Positions 52,101-64,000 of a DNA stretch of 64,000 bases are shown piece after piece. Numbering within the stretch: the first letter of the stretch is position 1; every line of letters starts with the position of its first letter. A program made the translations under genes and the position numbers. The notes under the pieces were generated by a model. That model was not told where the DNA came from. It did not search any database and was given only the letters and a program-made list of their open reading frames with translations. The stretch lies in the NCBI GenBank assembly GCA_964016885.1, contig OZ024742.1, forward strand, positions 62,124,001 through 62,188,000. Direction: 5' to 3'. Origin of the DNA: Eledone cirrhosa. Lineage: Eukaryota.

Positions 52101-52702
52101 GCCTTCCATTTATTTTTTTAACCCAAATATTATTGTTTATTTAGAACATATTCCTCCATTTCGTTCTGTCATGTGGTTTCCACATGGCGTTCAGTAAAGT
52201 GAACAGAAAAGAAAATATAACAATAGCCAGGTTAAAAAATTGTCATAAATAAATATAAATCGATTGATCTATATTTTATAAAACCACGGTATTCTATCAA
52301 TCAAAAATACGAGTGTAATTGACATGAGTTACTGTCTGAAGCAGGTATTTTCTCTCACCACGTGCTGACGACTAGTTATCTAATTTCTAATTAGACGTGT
52401 AAGACACATTTTCTGAAACACCTGGTGATGATCTATGGGGAATGTGGTTCTTGCAGCATTTAGTGAAACAATCCATCCATGGGACAGTACAGTACGTTTT
52501 AATTAATCTGTTTAATTATAATGTATTTCCTGTACCTTTTACAGTTTTCATGTTTTTCACTCTAGTGGTAATATACTTCCTGTAATAAAAACACGTTCTT
52601 TTCGTGTATTCTCTCCTATATATTTTGAAGAGCCCGGAAAAATTTCCTTGAGCTCATTAAATTACAGGGATTAACGCGAGTCCTTTACCCCGTTGCTTCA
52701 TT

Positions 52703-52781
<79 letters not shown>

Positions 52782-52821
52782 TATAAGTATTAATAAAATA
52801 GATGTTCTTTTGATCAATTAC

Positions 52822-52874
52822 ATTTTATTATACATATTTCGGATGTACAACAGTACGTCCTCATCAGACAAAAT
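52822..52874 (-). ncRNA. Hammerhead ribozyme motif (left arm of palindrome)
   Basis: attttgt-CTGATGA-ggacgtac tgtt gtacatcc-GAAA-tatgta-TA-ataaaat. Confidence 0.82.
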
Positions 52875-52946
52875 ATAGTGATACATGACATACCCTGAGA
52901 TGTTAAAAGGTCATTTAACATCTCAGGGTATGTCATGGATCATTAT

Positions 52947-52999
52947 ATTTTGTCTGATGAGGACGTACTGTTGTACATCCGAAATATGTATAATAAAAT
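52947..52999 (+). ncRNA. Hammerhead ribozyme motif (right arm of palindrome)
   Basis: Identical motif on the plus strand; CTGATGA 52954-52960, GAAA 52981-52984, predicted cleavage after 52992. Confidence 0.82.
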
Positions 53000-53064
53000 G
53001 TAATTGATCAAAAGAACATCTATTTTATTAATACTTATATTTTAATATTAATAACTCCTGAAAA

Positions 53065-53143
<79 letters not shown>

Positions 53144-53147
<4 letters not shown>

Positions 53148-53338
53148 AAGTATGACCCCGACGGCAGAGCTCAAGCTGTTTCGACGGCTATTTCTGGACG
53201 TCCAGAAATAGCCGTCGAAACAGCTTGAGGTCTGCCGTCGAGGTCATACTTTTTCCTATTACCCACTCTACTACCCTAAGTATTGAGTACTTTGGTGCGT
53301 TATGGTCCATCTGGTTCCTTACCACAATTCCTTCGTTT
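53144..53338 (+). repeat. Fold-back palindrome (56-bp arms) plus tail in (TA)n
   Basis: Centre ctggac|gtccag at 53199/53200; tail shared with 38041-38172; related fragment at 1878-1930. Confidence 0.82.
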
Positions 53339-53479
53339 TATATATATATATATATAAATGTTTTTCGAATATTAATAATAATATTCGATTCGTTTGCAAT
53401 TATACAAACAAGCCTCATTTTTAAAGCCATGTCAGTAGAATGAGACCTTCATTCTTGCTCTTGTGTTGGCATGTAAACA

Positions 53480-53529
53480 GAACTGTATACACTAATGTTT
53501 CTGGGTATCACCCTTCATCAGTACAGTTC
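53480..53529 (-). ncRNA. Type-I hammerhead ribozyme motif
   Basis: gaactgta-CTGATGA-agggtgataccca-GAAA-cattagtg-TA-tacagttc; 8-bp stem I, GUA site. Confidence 0.85.
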
Positions 53530-53756
53530 ACTGTCACCTGCCAACTGTCAGAGCTAGTGAAAATATATGATATTTTCTAAAATATACAGTGACTGATCGG
53601 CCTGATTTGCATATTAGCAGGCTGGGTGATCAATCAGACCTGCATATTAGCAGATCCACTGATCAGCCAGTGAACTGTACTGATGAAGGGCAATACCCAG
53701 ATTACATTTATTGTATTCAGTCAGTGAGAGCGAAAAAGTTATATATATATATATAT

Positions 53757-54028
53757 ATTGGTAAACGGAAAAGAAAATGCTGACAAATTGTTCACAGTGA
53801 AAAATAGTTTAATTAGGAATAAGTGAGAATTAGTAATAGTATTGGTTAGTATTCAGTTTTGGTTTTAAGTTTTACCGGTTGCGTATTTCTAATGCTTTTC
53901 AAAACTAATTTTGAGATAGAGCGTCCGTGATGTTTGCTCTGATCTGATTAGTTTTGGGAATTCTACCTGTTTTTATGTGAAAAAAGTGGCTCCAGATGTA
54001 TTAAAATAAGCTCTTGTCTTATACGGAG

Positions 54029-54064
<36 letters not shown>

Positions 54065-54085
54065 ATGTACGCGTGTGTATGTGTA

Positions 54086-54117
<32 letters not shown>

Positions 54118-56367
54118 AGAGAATGTGTGTGTGTGTGGGTGGGTGGACCAGTATTTATTTCTGGTAAAATGGTGTACATTATTCGATATTTTCAGTAAAA
54201 TCGATTCTCTCAATAGAACATCAAAAACCTTAATAATAAAAGGTGTGAAATGATATATAGTATTGGCATAATACCAAGGTGTGTGTGAGTGTGTCCAGAT
54301 TGTACGTACTGCAAGGGGAATCCATTAGGCCTTGCCGTATTGGAATACCTGTGCACAAATATGTATCTGGAGTGTGTCCAGAAATTGTATACCTGTGCAC
54401 AGATTGTATACTTGTGTACACATTGTACACATGTATCTGGAGTGTGTCCAGAAATTGTATACCTGTGCACAAATATGTATCTGGAGTGTGTCCAGATTGT
54501 ACGTACTGCAAGGGGAATTCATTAGGCCTTGCCGTATTGGAATACTTGTGTACAAATATGTATGTGCCCATCAGTGTGCAATGCATGTGTGCGTTTATGT
54601 ATGTGTGTGTGTCGTCACGTTTATATCTATAGACATCAAAAGGTATGCAAATTTGTGTATATTTGTGTTGCACCATAGAACATGTGTGTTTATATGTGGG
54701 TAGAGATGTATGCTGATGTAGGTATGTATGCTGACGTGTGTATGTTGTGAGTTCGTCTTAGGGAGAAGTGTTTAGACGGGGTCCGTATTTGTTAATAAAG
54801 TAAGATTCCTTGCTGATGCGCTGGGTGTGGGTGGCATTATCTTTAAATTTGTAGAGGGGAAAGATTCTGAAGTTGGGATGATTTTGGGCGGCACAGGTAT
54901 CAATGTGTTAACTCAGTGGTATTTTCCTGTATTCCCGTATTTTAATTTGGGATCTATGGACAGTCATGCGTTGGCGGAGGCTGTTTTTGGTCTGGCCTAT
55001 GTATTGTTCTCGACAACCTGAGCAAGTTAATACATATATTAGATTTTCTGATGCGCATGTGAAATTGTGTTTTACTATAAAACGTTGTCCTTCTTTGAAA
55101 TAGAATTCCGAACCCTCTATTAGGTTGATGCAAATGCCACAGTTGGGTCTATCGCATTTTTTTACTGTGGGTTTCGTTGTTGTGGTTGGCAGTACTTTGG
55201 CATGTGTTAGGATGTTTTTCATTGACTTAGATTGTCTTTTGCTCTTTATGATATCGTGTGTTCGTTGGATTTGGTTCATTCTATGGTCCTTTTTCAACAC
55301 AGGGATGTTCTAGAGGATGGTGTCAAAGGCCTCATTGTTGAGGGGGATGTGTGTGGAGATGTATGGAAGAGCTTTTAGTTTCGGTTGATTTACTTTAGGG
55401 TGTCTAAGATCCTGGGTACTGAGTTTTAGGGCACGTTGGATTCCATTGTCAATTAGTGATGCAGGGTAGTCCCTGCCTATGAGTGTGTCCTTTAGTTCTT
55501 GTAGCCGTAAGTAGCAGGTGTTTTTATTGGAGACTATAGTACAGATTCTCTTGGCTAAGTTGTAGGGAATATTAATTTTAACGTGTCTAGGGTGGCAAGA
55601 GTTGAAAGGAAGATATTGCTTGGAGTCTGTGGGATTGTAGTATATGTCTGTTTCTATTTTTTTGTTATGGATCTTAATGAGGATGTCGAAGAAGGGGAGT
55701 TGTTGATGGCTGTATTCCATCGCGAAGTTAATATTCGTGTTGAGCCCATTTATAAGGGTGTGAAATTCTTTAAGTTTCTCGATGAAGCAGTCATCTAGAT
55801 ATCGCTTCCAGTTCCTTTCTATGTGTAAGTGGAGAGTGTTTCCAAATTTGTTTCGGACTTTAGTGTAGAGAGTGATTTCCAGGTATCCCATGACTAGGTT
55901 GGCATAAGTGGGGGCTGTTTTCGTTCCCATAGCGGTCCCAGATTTCTGCCTGTAGGGTTTGTTATTGAAAACGAAGTAATTGTTCTCCAAGATAAATTTG
56001 AGTCCCTCTATCACGAATTCTTTTTTGATGCGTTGTGGGAGTTCATTGTGGTAATTATCCAGCCAGGAATTGGTGCAAACCTTATTTTAATACCGCTGAA
56101 GCCACTTTTTAAACATAAAAACAGGTAGAATTCCCAAAACTAATCAGATCAGAGCAAACATCACGGACGCTCTATCTCAAAATTATTTTTGAAAAGCATT
56201 AGAAATGCGCAACCGGTAAAACTTAAAACAAAACTGAATACTAACCAATAATATTACTAATTCTCACTTATTCCTAATTAAACTATTTTTCACTGTGAAC
56301 AATTTGTCAGCATTTTCTTTTCCGTTTACCAATATATCATAACTTGTGTGTTACACCTCTATTCTTT

Positions 56368-56370
<3 letters not shown>
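53757..56370 (-). mobile_element. 5'-truncated Penelope-like (Neptune-type) element with ~240-bp inverted terminal repeats
   Basis: QKSGTAMGT..APTYANL, RYLDDCF, HP.HVK.NIPY, CxxC, NLIYVLTC..C..QYIGQT; inverted repeats 53757-53995 and 56096-56337. Confidence 0.88.
54289..54562. repeat. Composite tandem repeats in the PLE 3' UTR
   Basis: Repeated gtgtgtccaga...tgtgcacaaatatgtatctgga modules. Confidence 0.85.
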
Positions 56371-56464
<94 letters not shown>

Positions 56465-56551
56465 AGAGGAACCAACCAAGAGCTACCCGGGAATTCCCTC
56501 TACCATGGGGATGAAAACCCCTGACACTGGACGGGTGTAATAGTAACTTTC

Positions 56552-57620
56552 GGCAGGATAAATACGCGGAAACAAAAAATAAGATAAACCCCTATTTTCC
56601 TGCACCAAATCGCATTTGAACAGAAGCCCCCTCAATTCAATCTATACATGGACAGATGGACAATCATATGGATCATTTTACATATATGTACTCTGTGTTT
56701 TTGCATTTATTCACTATTGTTTCTGTTATTTTCTTTTCTTTTGTGTACTTGATGTCTGTTTTTCTTTGATTCTGTTCCATGTGATGGAAATTATGACCGT
56801 GTAACAGATTGACTAATGTCTTGAACCATGTGGTTTGCCCTCCGTTATAATGTACGGCACTGTCGTTCAATATCTGGATAGAGTAACTGTAACACTAGAA
56901 TCCCTCCCAGAACTTATTACTTAAACATCTCTCTCCATATTATTTACTCACTTCAATCTATATTTTTACTCAATCCGAATTATCACTTGAAACAAATTTT
57001 TGAATTCAGAATTTTTTAATTTTTTATTGTTTAATTTATAATCTCTGATATTTGATTTAGGATTTTAACTTTTAATTTTAATTTTTATTTCCAACTCTCA
57101 CTCTTAACTTACAATGTAAAACCATAGTACCTAGAATTAAGTTTATTTTCCCTTATGAGTTGATGGTCAGTCTTACTGTCAACGCTTAGTGAAAGGTAGT
57201 ATTATGACCTATAAAAACTAACACCCTCCCATCCCCTCTGGCTTTCGGCTGACTGCCACAGTAGTGTTGGGTAGCAGTAAACTTTGGCAGGGCATAGGTG
57301 GGCCACTGACAGCGAATTTCGTTGAAATCTGCGGTGCTAATGGTCAACTTCCTTCGGACATGCGCTTGCGCAGACCGGTGGGGGTGAATTGGTACTCACA
57401 AGGGAACGGATGAAAAACCCAAAAGCACGAACTTCATCCGTTCCCATGTCGATTCAATTTGGATTGCCTCGGAAACAACCTTATTATGTAACAAGCTGTC
57501 TGATGATGACACGACACTCGCACACAGAACAGTGTGGCCAGTGTCATCATTGAAATATATATCACAGCATTATTATTAAAGGACTTGAACATCTGAAACT
57601 ACTTCGCTTTTCCTTATTCG
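56552..57620 (+). repeat. Non-coding repeat ending in a hammerhead; paralogue at 59862-61140
   Basis: Colinear similarity: caggataaatacg...aaacccctat, T-rich block, cttccttcggac...cgattcaatttggattgcctcggaaac, hammerhead. Confidence 0.8.
57495..57568 (+). ncRNA. Hammerhead ribozyme motif
   Basis: gctgt-CTGATGA-[extended stem II]-GAAA-tatata-TC-acagc; AUC site; proximal stem II imperfect. Confidence 0.72.
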
Positions 57621-57937
57621 ATATTTACTCCGTCACTCCTATGTGAAAAAAGTACGTTGAGTGCTTGAATTGAATTGCATCAATATTTACCCTAATATAC
57701 TCGTTCACGATTTCACCGAATTTAAATTCATAGAAATCTGGGACTTGTCTCTTTCTTCCTCACTTTCTGTTGCTTCACCATTTACGCGTCCCAACGACTT
57801 TTTTTAGCCGTTGCTCGCACCAACCGGAGGTATATGGTCTTTAAAGCGATGAAATGCCTATGATGGTTGGAAGATCACTGATGAAGGACAAACTTTTTTC
57901 ATATGTAACCCATTTGCAACTCCGCAGCGCCCTTATT

Positions 57938-57979
<42 letters not shown>

Positions 57980-58602
57980 AAAATGAGGGTTTAAAAAACA
58001 AAACAAAAAGAAAAAAACGAGATGTCTTACACGGGTGAAAGTATAGGGAAAAGAAATTGAAAATACAACTGGAGTCTTTTAAGAATATTTATTTATTTAT
58101 TTTACCAGTTTCACAGTTCTTACGCTTTTCAAAAGTAAAATTGAGGGTTTGTGTTTCTGTTGTGGCTTGTCTCGCAGAAACACAAACCCTCAATCTCAAT
58201 TTTACTTGTGAAAAGCATAAGAACTGTGAAACCGATATATATATATCCCTCTGATGGTCGTTTCTTGTGGACGAGGGCTTGCGTGTCCCAGTGATCCTCT
58301 TGAAGGGCCACCCATGGCGGCAAAGTCAAGGAGGAGGGACTAGACTGAACACAACCAACTCCGAAGACCTCAACGACGGAATGAGCGAAAGAAAATCTTC
58401 ACGAGCTCTCGGGAAATATCGAGTAACCATCGCTCACCACGAATCCATCTGGCTGGCTAACCGCAGTCAGCACAATGACCCATTTATGTGGTTGAAAACG
58501 CTGACAAAACCTTTCCTAATTTTTACCCTTTAACTATCAAAGCATGAAACAGAACACCCAGATTGGAGAACAGTACATGTGTGTCACGAGCTGTTATTTC
58601 AT

Positions 58603-58703
<101 letters not shown>

Positions 58704-58706
58704 TTA

Positions 58707-59758
58707 TCTATAAAAGGCAGATTGTTGTTGTTGTGTGTGTTGTGTGTGTGTGCATGTTCCATGTTTATACATTTGCACAATTTCAAACCAATTCGACTCA
58801 AAGTCTGTAAGAATATTGAAAATGGTCTAACTTAGGTCAACGACTATTTATTCCATTCAAACTAACCCGCAATTACGGAAATAATCGATAAAACTAAATA
58901 CATGACGCTTTACCCCTCTAATACAATCAGATAACTTCTCTCTACTCCCCTTAAAATTCGATAAAACTACATAGATGCTGCAACTTTCTCTAATATACGA
59001 TTAAAGTTACAAACTTTAAGAGAGAGAGAGAGAGAGTGAGAGGGAGAGAGAGAGTGAGAGGGAGAGAGAGAGAAGGTTTGTTTTTGAGTGTGGAACGGTC
59101 AAACATTTATTTACCTCAATGACAAAGAGAACTTATTACATTTCATACGAAACAACAATTATTCAAAAGCAACAGATAAATTTATTCAACAACAAAAAAT
59201 ATAGCGATAAATCTTTTTTAAAACATCTATCAACGAACGTGGACGAAAGAAGTATCAGTTCATTTACTATACACAATAATATCCTCTATGAGGTCACTAA
59301 ACCTGCTAGAAACAGCAGCTAACTCTCCCCCATATCACATCACTCCCTACTGTCTTAAATTTAGAAAACATATCCTCTATGAGGTCACTAAACCTGCTAG
59401 AAACAGCAGCTAACTCTCCCCCATATCACACCCCTCCCTACTGTCTTAAATTTAGAAAACACACATTAGACAACCCTGCAGAACAACTCCATCGCAGCTC
59501 TGTTGTTCGGCTGGCATCGTCTACGCGCGTGTTGCGCAAGTACTGTGAAACAATAAATTTCAACACTTCTTTGCACAGAGATAATATCCATAGGCGAAAC
59601 TACAATTGTCACTGCTGGCGCAGCTCCTGCTTCGGCAGTCCAGATCTGCAATTCATTCACCCAGTGCCTGGCAGACAAAAAAGTGCTGCCATAAAATAGG
59701 TGGTGCAGCCTAACCTTGGTAACTTACTAACCCCGAGCAACGCCGGGCTTTAATGCTA

Positions 59759-59759
<1 letters not shown>
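58707..59759 (+). mobile_element. Non-autonomous Helitron with a 91-bp tandem duplication (59280-59461)
   Basis: A|TCTATAAAAG 5' end; cccgagcaacgccggg hairpin followed by CTAG|T. Confidence 0.68.
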
Positions 59760-59812
<53 letters not shown>

Positions 59813-61018
59813 ATTTCTGTTTACCTTTTACATATATATATATATATATATATATATTCGACAGGATAAATACGCTGAAATAAAAACAACGATAAACCCC
59901 TATATTCCTGCAGCAAATTGCATTTGCACAGAGGCCTTGAACAGAAGCCCCCTCACTTCACCAGACAATAAATCTTTATATCGATAAATTGACAATCACG
60001 TTAACCACGTATACCCTCATTTCCATGCTCTTATATGTCTCTCATATATATATCTCATATCTCATTTTACATATGTATCACATTTTGCATCTATGTTTTT
60101 ATGTATTTTTTTTATGTATCTTTTGTATTTTTTTGCGTATTTCATATTTTGTATTTTGTGTTTTATTCCATGTGATAGAGATATTAACTATGTATTCGCT
60201 TAATTACTATGTTCCATACTGTAATTTACCCTCCGTTCTACTGTACGGTACTATCGTTCAATATGTGGATAGAATATCTCTAATATTGATCCCACTTTCA
60301 AAACTTATTAATATAATTTAAAAATCTCCCTATTTATTAGTGATTATATGTACATATATTTCTTTACTTACTTCAATCTAGATTCTAACTTGTAATTTTT
60401 TTAATTTTTTAATTTTTAATTTTTAATTTTTAATTTTTAATTTTTAATTTTTTTAATTTTTGATTTTTGATTTTTAATTTTTAGTTTTGATTTTTAATTT
60501 TTAGTTTTGATTTTTAATTTTTAGTTTTGATTTTTAATTTTTGATCTTTGATTTTTAATTTTTGATTTTTGATTTTTAATTTTTAGTTTTAATTTCCAAC
60601 TCTCATTCATAATCTTCACTGTGAAACCATAATACCTAGAAATAAGTATATTTTCTCTTAGCGGGAGATAGTCAATTCTACTGTCCATGCTTAATTTAGA
60701 GGTAGTATTGAGACCGATTGATACTCATACTCTCCCACCCCCACTGGCTTTCAGCCGGCTAGCAGTAAACTATGACCGTGTCATATTACAGGTTGGATGG
60801 GTCATTGTTTGGGTGAGAGGGGACCTGTCTAGGTGAGTTTCGTAGAACTCTGCGGTAGTTGATGGCCAACTTCCTTCGGACCTGCGCCTGCGCAGACCGG
60901 TGGGGGCGAATTGGGACTCACAAGGGAACGGGCGAAGAACCCAAGAGCACACGCTTTGTCCGTTCCCATGTCGATTCAATTTGGATTGCCTCGGAAACAT
61001 AACCTTATTATGTAACAA

Positions 61019-61092
61019 GCTGTCTGATGATGTCACGGCACTGGCGCACCGAACCGTGTGGCCACTGTCGTCATTGAAATATGTATCACAGC
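61019..61092 (+). ncRNA. Hammerhead ribozyme motif
   Basis: gctgt-CTGATGA-[stem II]-GAAA-tatgta-TC-acagc. Confidence 0.72.
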
Positions 61093-61136
61093 ATTATAAT
61101 TAAAGGACTTTAACATCTGAAACTGCTTCGCTTTTT

Positions 61137-61225
<89 letters not shown>

Positions 61226-61809
61226 ATGTACGTATTGTATATTTAATAATATACTGTATGTTTATTCAAAAACACTTGAAGGCCTTTCGCTATAAATTTA
61301 AGGTAGTACTAACGTCACATACTTAGCTGCAGCAAAAACAAAGGGAAGTATTCGACGATGATTGTTTCTCATTGTTTAGTGGTTATCATGACTACACATC
61401 CCTTTGCATTTGCTGTAAGCTAGATTCTTATAGAACTCTAATTATGTTTATGAGCTGTTGGAACTCATTTGCATACTGAGTAGTTGCCGGCCCAGCATCA
61501 ATTAGAAATTTGTGTTGGTGCTTTGAAATAGCGATGTATATATAAATGATTTTCAGCAGCTCATAATCATAATTGGAATTCTATAAGAATCCAGCTTCTA
61601 TAGCGAAAGGCCTTCAAAATGTTTTTGCCAAATTCAAATATAAAAGAAAATTTCGCTCTATATGGCTGAATGCAATAAATGTAATCTGAGTTTTTCGAAT
61701 ATTAATAATAACATTCGATTCGTTTGCAATTATGCAAACAAGCCTCAATTTTATAGCCATGTCAGTAGAATGAACACTTCATTCTTGCTCTTGTGTTGGC
61801 ATGCGAACA

Positions 61810-61859
61810 GAACTGCAGACACTAATGTTTCTGGGTTTCAACCTTCATCAGTACAGCTC
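61810..61859 (-). ncRNA. Hammerhead ribozyme motif
   Basis: gagctgta-CTGATGA-aggttgaaaccca-GAAA-cattagtg-TC-tgcagttc; GUC site. Confidence 0.82.
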
Positions 61860-62758
61860 ACTGTTCACCTGCCAAACTGTCAGAGCTATATATATTAAAT
61901 GACAAACATCTGTAATTACGGAAGTATAAACAAGATAGACGGAAAATGTTTTTTCATCTAACTTCGCTTATATACAGATCCCTCTACCATGGTTTCATAT
62001 GGGGAAGGACAATTATTAGAATTACCAATAATTCAAAAACCGCCATAATCTTCAAGGAAGTTAGAATTTTTCAAGTTTATGAGGAATGGAACAAGATATA
62101 ACACAAACTGTTTCCAAAGCCGAGGCAGAAAGTAATATAATAGCACGCGTGGTGTTACATTCTCAAATTTCTTAAGATATTATGACTACTTGACAGGCTT
62201 AATGTCGCTAGAAATAGTAGTCCAATGATCATCTGGTACAGCTCGACATATTACGGAGTAGTTTAATATTAATATATGTGTTTGTGCATAGAACAATAAA
62301 AACTGAAGCAGCCAGGCATTGGTAAATAGTTAGAACTAACTATCTACCTACGCCTGACTTCTGTTTTTTTTTTTATTGTTCTACGCTCAAACACACGCAC
62401 ACACGCATATATATATCCAAATGTGTATTGTAAATCCACTATAGAAATGTGGCGTTCACAATAGAAATCCTATAATATATGCATTATTAAGCCAGTTGGG
62501 CGGTGGATTGGTGCAGTATCGGTAGAGAGTCGGACGCCATGCTTTGCAGCATAGCGTTATGGCCTTTTATTATCCGAGTTCAAATTCGGCCGAGGTCAAC
62601 TTTGTCTTTCATCTGTACGGGGTTGATAAAATAAAGTACCAGTAATGCACTGGAATAATTGCTGGCCTTGTGCCAAAAGTAGAAACAATTATTATTACTA
62701 TAGCTGTTATAATTATCATTACTTTTCTAATTAGTCCAGCAACAATCATTACCATTGT

Positions 62759-63242
62759 TTAGCAGAAAAACCACCCTTCGGGTGGTTTTCTGACAGCTTG
62801 TGTAGTGTGTATATTCATATTTTACGCAAGTATATATGCATGTAGATATGATACATCAAATAAAATCGTAATTGACAATATACACAGAAATTGAACAAAG
62901 ATTGTGTTACACTGTCTTATTTAATCAGTAATGTAATCCATGATACATTAAAAAAAAAGACGATATTATATATAAACTGCATTAGGAGAAAATTAGTGAC
63001 GGAAATATATGAGTATTTATTTAAGCGATCGCCACCGGAAGTGTTTACATTTGAAAATTTTAAAGAATTGAATCTTTAAATAAATAATAAAATATATTTA
63101 ATGAACAGCCACAAAATTTAGTAGATAAATTATGTAATATTCATTCATTATTTATTCAAAGTAATGCAACTTATTTTACTAAGGGGATAAAAAATTATAA
63201 ACCGTACACAGTCCCGCACTTCTTACTTTATTATAGATTAGA
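62759..63242 (-). mobile_element. Non-autonomous Helitron, copy of 17048-17527
   Basis: TCTAATCTATAATAAAG 5' end; hairpin aaaaccacccgaagggtggtttt followed by CTAA. Confidence 0.8.
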
Positions 63243-64000
63243 TTACACTTATGGTTAATCATATTCAATATCACTGTCAATATATATATTGAATATTTTA
63301 ATTTTTATTTGAACGATTGTATTTACGTATATTCTAGCATCACTATCATTGTCCTACATATCGTAAACAGCGCTGTCGTCATCGTTATTGTTATTTTTGT
63401 CATGGTAGCGTTGTCCCTGTTGACTTAAGTAGAGGCTGGGCAGAGATCATAAAACAAAAGCTCAAAACTGCCTTTATCATCAAAGCTAACGACGCCAGTT
63501 CGAGAACAAAATAACTAAAGAATGCGGTTCAAATTCTGCCGAGGTTAACTTTGCCTTTCATCCTTACGGGGTCGATAAAATAAAGTACTAGTTATGCACT
63601 GGGATAATTGCTGGCCTTGTGCCAAAAGTAGAAACAATTATTAAGTCAGTTGTGAGGAAATAAATACGGGTGGGGATGGAATAAATTACAGTTACGCCAC
63701 TTAATGGAAAAATCAAATTAATTTTCTAAAGAAACAATATACAATAAATACCAGATAATATCAATAATAATATAACAATGGTTACATTAAAAGTTATCGT
63801 GTCAGCTGATATATTGTACATCATCTTTACTGTTTTATGTAGATTAATCAATATCTTAATTGCGGTTTAATGTTGTTAGAAACGGCAGGTTTCTACTGGA
63901 ACATCATGCTATTCGTGTGTGTTCTGTTGTTTTGAATAGAGTATGTGAGTGTGTTTGTACTAATGCAATATTTATATGAGTATATGTACTCCTGTAAATG

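Noticed and set aside
57875-57900. CTGATGAagga (also CTGACGA at 42503)
   Set aside because: No downstream GAAA/NUH or stems.
58247-58400. Possible RTE 5' UTR with an HDV-like ribozyme (similar GC-rich piece at 13820-14070)
   Set aside because: Resembles RTE leaders, but I could not build the nested double pseudoknot by eye.

Overview
AT-rich, microsatellite-dense eukaryotic DNA. The SINE/LINE/Helitron/(TA)n landscape looks like an octopod cephalopod, which is an inference. There is one host gene: a KLHL10-like BTB-BACK-Kelch gene on the minus strand with five phase-consistent coding exons (44771-43787, 41960-41813, 32196-32027, 31104-30833, 5861-5770); its last exon was not found in the window. 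The rest is transposon-derived: RTE, Tx1-like and R4/Dong-like non-LTR retrotransposons, Penelope-like elements (PLEs), a decayed autonomous Helitron plus non-autonomous Helitrons, and many tRNA-derived SINEs. The most striking unannotated signal is RNA-structural. I read nine complete minimal type-I hammerhead ribozyme motifs (stem I - CUGANGA - stem II - GAAA - palindromic stem III - NUH - stem I'). There is also a series of fold-back palindromes inserted in (TA)n, which turn around in or near hammerhead cores and end in a one-sided tail; a 5'-truncated PLE with inverted terminal repeats shows the same architecture. Also notable are a ~48-copy TGCGCATGCGC (NRF1-type motif) array inside the Helitron and an intact spliced STPR-repeat mini-ORF inside a non-autonomous Helitron. 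All calls come from reading the sequence by eye; element boundaries are approximate.
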